NCBI GenBank assembly: GCA_031459385.1
Contig: JAVKIP010000007.1
Location: forward strand, 64,001-128,000
DNA: 64,000 bases
Direction of reading: 5' to 3'
DNA from: Candidatus Fervidifonticultor secundus
GTDB taxonomy: Bacteria; Sysuimicrobiota; Sysuimicrobiia; Sysuimicrobiales; Humicultoraceae
Part shown: piece after piece, positions 59,210 through 64,000 of the stretch
Layout: the number at the start of each line of letters is the position of its first letter
Numbering within the stretch: position 1 is the stretch's first letter
The notes under the pieces: model-generated
What the model was told of the DNA's origin: nothing
The model's database searches: none
The model's input: only the letters and a program-made list of their open reading frames with translations
Program-made: the position numbers and the translations under genes

Positions 59210-60263
59210 GCTCTCCCGCTCGCAGGTGGCCGCGGGGCACGTCATCGACCTCCGCAGCGACACCGTCACCCAGCCGACGGACGCGATGCGCGAGGCCATG
59301 GCCCGGGCCGAGGTCGGCGACGACGTGTACGGCGAGGACCCCACCGTCAACGCGCTGGAGGCGCTGGCAGCCTCGCGCACGGGCAAGGCCGCTGCGGTGT
59401 TCCTGCCCACGGCGACGATGGCCAACGCCGTGGCCGTGCTGAGCCAGACGCAGAGGGGGGACGAGGTGATCGTCGAGGCCGAGTCCCACCTCTACAACAT
59501 GGAGGCGGGGGGCCTGAGCGCGCTGGCCGGCGCGATCCCGCGGCCGGTGGTCACGGAGCAGGGCGTCATCAGGGTCGCGCAGCTCGAGGCCGCGCTGCGC
59601 CCGCCCGACCCCCACCACGCGCCAGCCCGGCTGGTCGCGCTGGAGAACACCCACAACCGCCACGGCGGGACCGTCGCCACGCCCGAGGAGACCGACGACC
59701 TGGGGGCTGCGGCGCACCGCGCGGGGCTGCGGTTCCACCTGGACGGCGCGCGCCTGTTCAACGCGGCGGTCGCGCTGGGCGTGCGGGCCGCGCGGCTGGC
59801 CGCCGCCGCCGACACCGTCACGCTGTGCCTGTCCAAAGGGCTCTCGGCGCCCGCCGGCGCGCTGCTGTGCGGCGACGCCGAAGTCATCGCCGTGGCCCGG
59901 CGCTTCCGCAAGATGCTGGGCGGGGGCATGCGCCAGGCCGGGGTCCTCGCCGCCGCGGGCATCGTGGCCCTGGAACAGATGGTCGACCGGCTGGCCGACG
60001 ATCACCGCACAGCCCGGGCGCTGGCCGAGGCGCTGGCGTCGGTCCCTGGCGTGGCCGTCGAGCTGCACCGGGTGCAGACCAACATCGTCCGCATCGAGGT
60101 GCCCGGGCGCGATGCGCGCCAGGTAGCCGCCCGGCTGCGCGAGCTGGGCGTGCGGGCCAGCGTGATCGGCGCCGCGCGCCTGCGGCTCGTGACCCACCGG
60201 CACGTGGGCCCCGACGACGTGCCGGTGGTGCGCGAGGCATTCCGTGCCGCGCTCGGGGGTTGA
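59199..60263 (+). CDS. ltaE: Low-specificity L-threonine aldolase
   Basis: DLRSDTVT, GDDVYGEDPTV, LENTHN, HLDGARLFNA, CLSKGL.AP, GGGMRQAG. Confidence 0.96.
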   Translation: MKAELSRSQVAAGHVIDLRSDTVTQPTDAMREAMARAEVGDDVYGEDPTVNALEALAASRTGKAAAVFLPTATMANAVAVLSQTQRGDEVIVEAESHLYNMEAGGLSALAGAIPRPVVTEQGVIRVAQLEAALRPPDPHHAPARLVALENTHNRHGGTVATPEETDDLGAAAHRAGLRFHLDGARLFNAAVALGVRAARLAAAADTVTLCLSKGLSAPAGALLCGDAEVIAVARRFRKMLGGGMRQAGVLAAAGIVALEQMVDRLADDHRTARALAEALASVPGVAVELHRVQTNIVRIEVPGRDARQVAARLRELGVRASVIGAARLRLVTHRHVGPDDVPVVREAFRAALGG

Positions 60264-60342
60264 TGACTACGCCGGCGCGCCGCTGGGCATCTGCTCTTCG
60301 AGGGTCGTGCCGCCGCGCTTGGCCAGCCGCGCCTGGCCAAAA

Positions 60343-60369
60343 GAAGGAGATCGCGGCGCGGTCGCGAAT
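60343..60369 (+). promoter_or_regulatory. Candidate SigH-like promoter of the small peptide gene
   Basis: GAAGGA-N17-GAAT matches the spacing of the Firmicutes sigma-H consensus AGGA...GAAT. Confidence 0.4.
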
Positions 60370-60425
60370 ATACGCGCGCGAAGACGGGCGACCGTCACGC
60401 GCGCGTTCGAAAGGAGGCGACCTCG

Positions 60426-60470
60426 ATGGCCAAGAAGGCGAAGAAGGCGGCCAAGAAGAAGGGCAAGTAG
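60426..60470 (+). CDS. 14-aa Lys-rich peptide MAKKAKKAAKKKGK
   Basis: AAAGGAGG SD 8 nt before the ATG; all eight Lys codons are AAG; followed by an intrinsic terminator; below the ORF-track cutoff. Confidence 0.7.
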   Translation: MAKKAKKAAKKKGK

Positions 60471-60495
60471 CTCGCTGGCTGCCTTGCGGATGGGC

Positions 60496-60536
60496 AAGGG
60501 AGCACTGCAGGCGCGGTGCTCTCTTCTTTATTGTTT
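60496..60536 (+). terminator. Intrinsic terminator
   Basis: AAGGGAGCACTG-caggcg-CGGTGCTCTCTT stem followed by CTTTATTGTTT. Confidence 0.8.
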
Positions 60537-60544
60537 GGGCGCGC

Positions 60545-61906
60545 TCAGAACCGGCGAAAGTACCCTAGCCCCAGGGTCGGCGACTGCAGGAGGTCGGTGG
60601 CGCGCAGGGTGATGCCGTAGTCGCGGTGGAGGAAGTAGGACGCGTAGAGGTTCAGGGTGAGGCGGTTGAGGTTGGAGAGGTCCAGGGAGTACACGGGGCC
60701 CGGCGGTGTCCCGTAGTCGACGCCAGCGCCGAGCTGCGAGTCCACCAGGCCGTAGCGCAGGAAGACCGGCGGGCGCTGCAGCCACTGCCCGACCTGCAGC
60801 CCGATCCGGTTCTCCATGCCCACGTCCCGCCAGGTGAAGATGTAGCGCCGCGGCGCGTCGGGGAGCAACGTGAACATGACGTCGTGGCCCAGCCGCGTCG
60901 TGTACCACAGCTCGTACTGGAGGCGGTAGCTGGTGCGCAGGTCGGGCAGCTCCAGCCGCTCCGGTACCACCCGGTTCACGCGCTCGACGACCCGGTCGGC
61001 CCGCTGGATCAGCGCCCGGGCTTCCCCCACCGCCTGGCGCGCTTCGGTGACCGCCGCCTGCGCCTCGCCCAGCGCCACACGCACCTGCCGGATCTGCGGC
61101 TCGTTGATGACGCCCTGCAGGTCCCTGACCATGCGGTCGATGCCCTGCGCCGCGCGCTGCACGGCGGCCACCGTCTCGCGCACCTGCTGCGCGGTCTGGC
61201 CCCCCGCGGCCACGTCCGCCACCAGTGCCCGCATGTCGTGGGCCGCGGCGGCCAGGTCGTCGGCGGTGGCCCGCACGCCGGCCATCACGGCGGGCACGTC
61301 TTGCCCGGCCATGCGCTCCAGGGTGCGCGTCATGCGGTCCACGGTGTCGGCGACCCGGCGCATGACCGCGGTCGCCTCGCGGGTGTTGCGCACCGCCTCG
61401 GCCAGCGCCTGGCCCAGCTCCGGATCGCCGATCAGCCGGTTGACGTGCCCGAGAGCGTCTTCCGCCTGGCGCGCGACGGCGATGACTCGGGTGATGACGT
61501 CCTCGACCGTGAACGGGTCCAGCCCCTGGACGACGCTCTCGGGCGGCAGCGGTGGCGCAGTGGGCAACCCGGGCGAGATGGTGACGAACCGCTCGCCCAG
61601 CAGGCCCGTGGTGGCGATGGCGAAACGCGAACCCTGCGGGATGGCGAACCGGGACCGGATGCGCAGGACGAGCTCGGCCTGGCCCGACGGCGTGAGCCCG
61701 ATGGTGCGCACCTCCCCGATCTGCACCCCTGCCATCTGGACCGGCGCGCCCTCGACCATGCCGCCGGCGTTGCCGACCCGTAGGCGGATCACGTAACGGG
61801 GCTCGAACAGCTCGGTCACGCCCCCGCTCAGGAAGACCACGGCGCCCAGCAGCGCCGCCACGAAGAGGACGACGGCCACGAGCCCGACTCTGGCTTCAGT
61901 GGTCAT
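60545..61906 (-). CDS. mlaD: MlaD/MCE protein with a long helical stalk and a probable C-terminal beta-barrel
   Basis: EARVG plus TM; AGGM..GAPVQMAGVQIGEV, GLLGERFV.I.PG (MCE); heptad region; alternating beta-strands ending LGLGYFRRF. Confidence 0.9.
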   Translation of the reverse strand: MTTEARVGLVAVVLFVAALLGAVVFLSGGVTELFEPRYVIRLRVGNAGGMVEGAPVQMAGVQIGEVRTIGLTPSGQAELVLRIRSRFAIPQGSRFAIATTGLLGERFVTISPGLPTAPPLPPESVVQGLDPFTVEDVITRVIAVARQAEDALGHVNRLIGDPELGQALAEAVRNTREATAVMRRVADTVDRMTRTLERMAGQDVPAVMAGVRATADDLAAAAHDMRALVADVAAGGQTAQQVRETVAAVQRAAQGIDRMVRDLQGVINEPQIRQVRVALGEAQAAVTEARQAVGEARALIQRADRVVERVNRVVPERLELPDLRTSYRLQYELWYTTRLGHDVMFTLLPDAPRRYIFTWRDVGMENRIGLQVGQWLQRPPVFLRYGLVDSQLGAGVDYGTPPGPVYSLDLSNLNRLTLNLYASYFLHRDYGITLRATDLLQSPTLGLGYFRRF

Positions 61907-62694
61907 GTGCGCACGACCTCGGCGCCCGACATGAGGAACCCCCGCACAACCGGATGGGACGACGCGCGGATCGCCGCGGGCGTGCCGGCGGCGATCAGGC
62001 GGCCGGCGTCCATCACAGCCAGCCTGTCGGCCAGCCGGAACGCGCTGGCCAGGTCGTGGGTGACGACGACGGCCGTGGTCCCCAGCTCGGCCCGCAGGCG
62101 CAGGATCAGCTCGTCGACGGCGCGGGCCGTGACCGGGTCCAGGCCGCCGGTGGGCTCGTCGTAGAGCAGGAGATCCGGCGCCAGCGCCAGCGCCCGGGCG
62201 ATGCCCACGCGCTTGCGCATGCCCCCCGACAGCTGCGCGGGCATCAGCGACTCGGCGCCCGCGAGTCCGACCAGGGCCAGCAGCTCGCTGACCCGGGCGT
62301 CGACGGCGCGCGGGCTCATCCGGCGGTGGCGGCGGAGGGGGAAGGCCACGTTCTGCGCCACGGTCATCGAGTCGAACAGCGCGGCCGACTGGAAAACCAC
62401 GCCCACCTGCAGGCGCAACGCGTTCAGCTCCTCCTCGGGCAGGGTGTGCACGGGCTGGCCGAAGACATAGACCAGGCCGCGGTCGGGCCGCAGCAGCCCC
62501 ACCAGGTGCTTGAGGAGCACGCTCTTGCCACACCCGCTGGGGCCCATGATGACCTGCACCTGGCCCCGCGCCACCTCCAGGGTGACGCCGGCCAGCGCCT
62601 GCGTGGCCCCGAATGCTTTCCAGACGTCCTGCACGCGCACCACCACGTCGCCGTCGGCGGGCTGTGGTGGCGTCGCGGGAGCCGCGCCGGCCAT
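61903..62694 (-). CDS. mlaF: MlaF ABC ATPase
   Basis: GPSGCGKS, FQSAALFDSMTV, LSGGMRKRVGIARA, YDEPT.GLDP. Confidence 0.93.
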   Translation of the reverse strand: MAGAAPATPPQPADGDVVVRVQDVWKAFGATQALAGVTLEVARGQVQVIMGPSGCGKSVLLKHLVGLLRPDRGLVYVFGQPVHTLPEEELNALRLQVGVVFQSAALFDSMTVAQNVAFPLRRHRRMSPRAVDARVSELLALVGLAGAESLMPAQLSGGMRKRVGIARALALAPDLLLYDEPTGGLDPVTARAVDELILRLRAELGTTAVVVTHDLASAFRLADRLAVMDAGRLIAAGTPAAIRASSHPVVRGFLMSGAEVVRT

Positions 62695-62696
62695 CG

Positions 62697-63503
62697 CTAC
62701 CTCACCTGGAAGAGGAGCTGGTTCAGGAAGTAGTTGACGGCCATGATCAGCACGATGGCGCTCACGACCGCGCCGGTGGCCGCGCGCCCCACCCCTTCCG
62801 CGCCGCCGCTGGCGTGCAGCCCGCGATACGCGCCCACGGCGGCGATGATGAGCCCGAAGAAGACCGCCTTCAGCAGGCCCGCGTAGAGATCCCACGTCCA
62901 GGTGAACTGCCGCAGCGAGGCCCAGAACGACCCGGCCGGCACGCCGGCGGCCACCGCCACGAACGAGCCCCCGACGGCGCCCACGACCTCCGCGAACATC
63001 GTCAGCACGGGCAGGGCCACCGCAGCGGCCAGCAGCCGGGGCACCACCAGGAAGCGCACCGGGTCCGTGGCGAGCACCCGCAGCGCGTCCACCTGCTCGG
63101 TCACGGTCATCGTGCCCAGCTCGGCCGCGATCCCCGCGCCCACCCGGCCCGCCGTGACCATGGCCGTGAAGACCGGGCCGGCCTCTCGCGCCAGCGAGAC
63201 GCCCACCAGGCCGCCCACGAAGCCCTGCGCCCCGAACTTGCGGAACACGCCCGCGGTCTGGTAGGCCAGGACCATGCCGGCGAACAGCCCGGTGACCAGC
63301 ACGATGAAGATCGAGTCCCAGCCGATGCGTTTCAGCTGGACGATCGTCTCGCCGAGCTCCAGGTGGCCCCGCCGCACCCAGCGGAAGGCCTGCACCAGCA
63401 TCCCTGCGGCGCGGCCGGTGTCGGCGAGCACCGCCAGGACCGCCCGGCCGGCGGCGGCCAGCCCCCCGGCCGACGGCTCGCGCGCGAGCGCCCCGTTGCT
63501 CAT
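62697..63503 (-). CDS. mlaE: MlaE permease
   Basis: REAGPV, GRVGAGIAAELGTM.VTEQVDAL, P...LVVPR, GAEGVGRA.T.AVV. Confidence 0.95.
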   Translation of the reverse strand: MSNGALAREPSAGGLAAAGRAVLAVLADTGRAAGMLVQAFRWVRRGHLELGETIVQLKRIGWDSIFIVLVTGLFAGMVLAYQTAGVFRKFGAQGFVGGLVGVSLAREAGPVFTAMVTAGRVGAGIAAELGTMTVTEQVDALRVLATDPVRFLVVPRLLAAAVALPVLTMFAEVVGAVGGSFVAVAAGVPAGSFWASLRQFTWTWDLYAGLLKAVFFGLIIAAVGAYRGLHASGGAEGVGRAATGAVVSAIVLIMAVNYFLNQLLFQVR

Positions 63504-63560
63504 CGCCTGACTCTCTTCGGTGCGGCCGCAGGCCGATCCCTCTGCGGCGGCCGCACCGCG

Positions 63561-63589
63561 TTGACGCCGCCCCCCGCCGATGCTATACT
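63561..63589 (+). promoter_or_regulatory. Sigma70 promoter of the infC operon
   Basis: TTGACG-N17-TATACT with extended TG. Confidence 0.8.
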
Positions 63590-63607
63590 CCGCCCGGTTG
63601 TGCGGCC

Positions 63608-63718
63608 CTAAGAAGAAGCCATCCGCTTCTCACCCGAGCGCCCCCAGGGTGCGCCTCGGGTGGCCGCAGTGCGAAGGGTTCCTGCGGGGATGGCGTGGGC
63701 CGTCCCCGCTTGAATTTC
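63608..63718 (+). ncRNA. Ribosomal protein L20 leader (infC-rpmI-rplT attenuator)
   Basis: AGAAGC-CATCC-GCTTCTCACC signature, CACCCGAG...CTCGGGTG stem, terminator-like GCGGGATGGC...GCCGTCCCCGC-TTGAATTT; directly upstream of infC. Confidence 0.75.
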
Positions 63719-63764
63719 CACCGTCCGGCCGGGGTGCCGGCGGGTGGCCGGGAGGGCGACAGGC

Positions 63765-64000
63765 ATCGACCGCGAGATACGGGTCAACGAGCGCATCCGC
63801 GCACGCGAGGTACGGCTGATCGGGCCCCACGGTGAGCAGCTGGGAATCCTGCCGACGCGCGATGCCCTGGCGAAGGCGCAGGAACACAATCTGGACCTCG
63901 TGGAGGTCGCGCCAACCGCCACCCCGCCCGTCTGCAAGATCATGGACTTCGGCCGGTACAAGTACGAGCAGAGCAAGCGCGAGCGCGACGCGCATCGCAA
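63765..64000 (+). CDS. infC: Translation initiation factor IF-3, 5' part (runs off the window)
   Basis: [20 protein letters not shown]...LDLVEVAP...[26 protein letters not shown] start. Confidence 0.95.
   Translation, partial: MDREIRVNERIRAREVRLIGPHGEQLGILPTRDALAKAQEHNLDLVEVAPTATPPVCKIMDFGRYKYEQSKRERDAHR

Noticed and set aside
60319..60340. TTGGCCAG/CTGGCCAA inverted repeat as the ltaE terminator
   Set aside because: No U tract follows on either strand; it could be a protein-binding site but nothing supports that
60426..60536. Lysine-sensing attenuator leader peptide
   Set aside because: There is no same-strand gene downstream; mlaD is convergent and ends at 60545

Overview
This is a very GC-rich bacterial chromosomal segment, by eye roughly 70-75% GC. 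Its backbone is a conserved Terrabacteria-style housekeeping tract on the + strand: ftsY(3' end)-ylxM/methyltransferase fusion-ffh-rpsP-khpA-ylqD-rimM-trmD-rplS-lepB-rnhB ... yraN ... yifB/comM-dprA-topA-xerC-rpsB-tsf-pyrH-frr-uppS-cdsA-dxr-rseP-ispG. Two - strand operons interrupt it. The first is a ~13 kb catabolic island: IclR, a two-subunit Mo-hydroxylase, two RedY/HapK-like proteins (one cupin-fused), an LLM oxidoreductase, two paralogous Tat-exported peptide-type SBPs, an SDR, a frameshifted DUF917, two permeases and a DUF4242 remnant. The second is a coproporphyrin-dependent heme operon (hemC, D, B, Q, E, Y) led by an unusual BldC/Xis-type HTH plus globin-like regulator. The right half holds mgtC, a rhomboid, an archaeal-type SAM synthetase, a beta-propeller lipoprotein, fmdB, a seven-gene MoxR-DUF58-vWA membrane module, LarA-like, sirtuin, mtnP and ltaE. 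It ends with a stand-alone transcription unit for a 14-aa Lys-rich peptide, a minimal mlaEFD operon whose MlaD ends in a probable beta-barrel, and the L20 leader plus the 5' end of infC (AUC start). Firmicutes-like gene order together with outer-membrane signatures suggests a diderm Terrabacteria lineage such as an Armatimonadota relative (inference only). I saw no tRNA, rRNA, CRISPR array or IS element. Family assignments come from motif recognition by eye, not from database searches.
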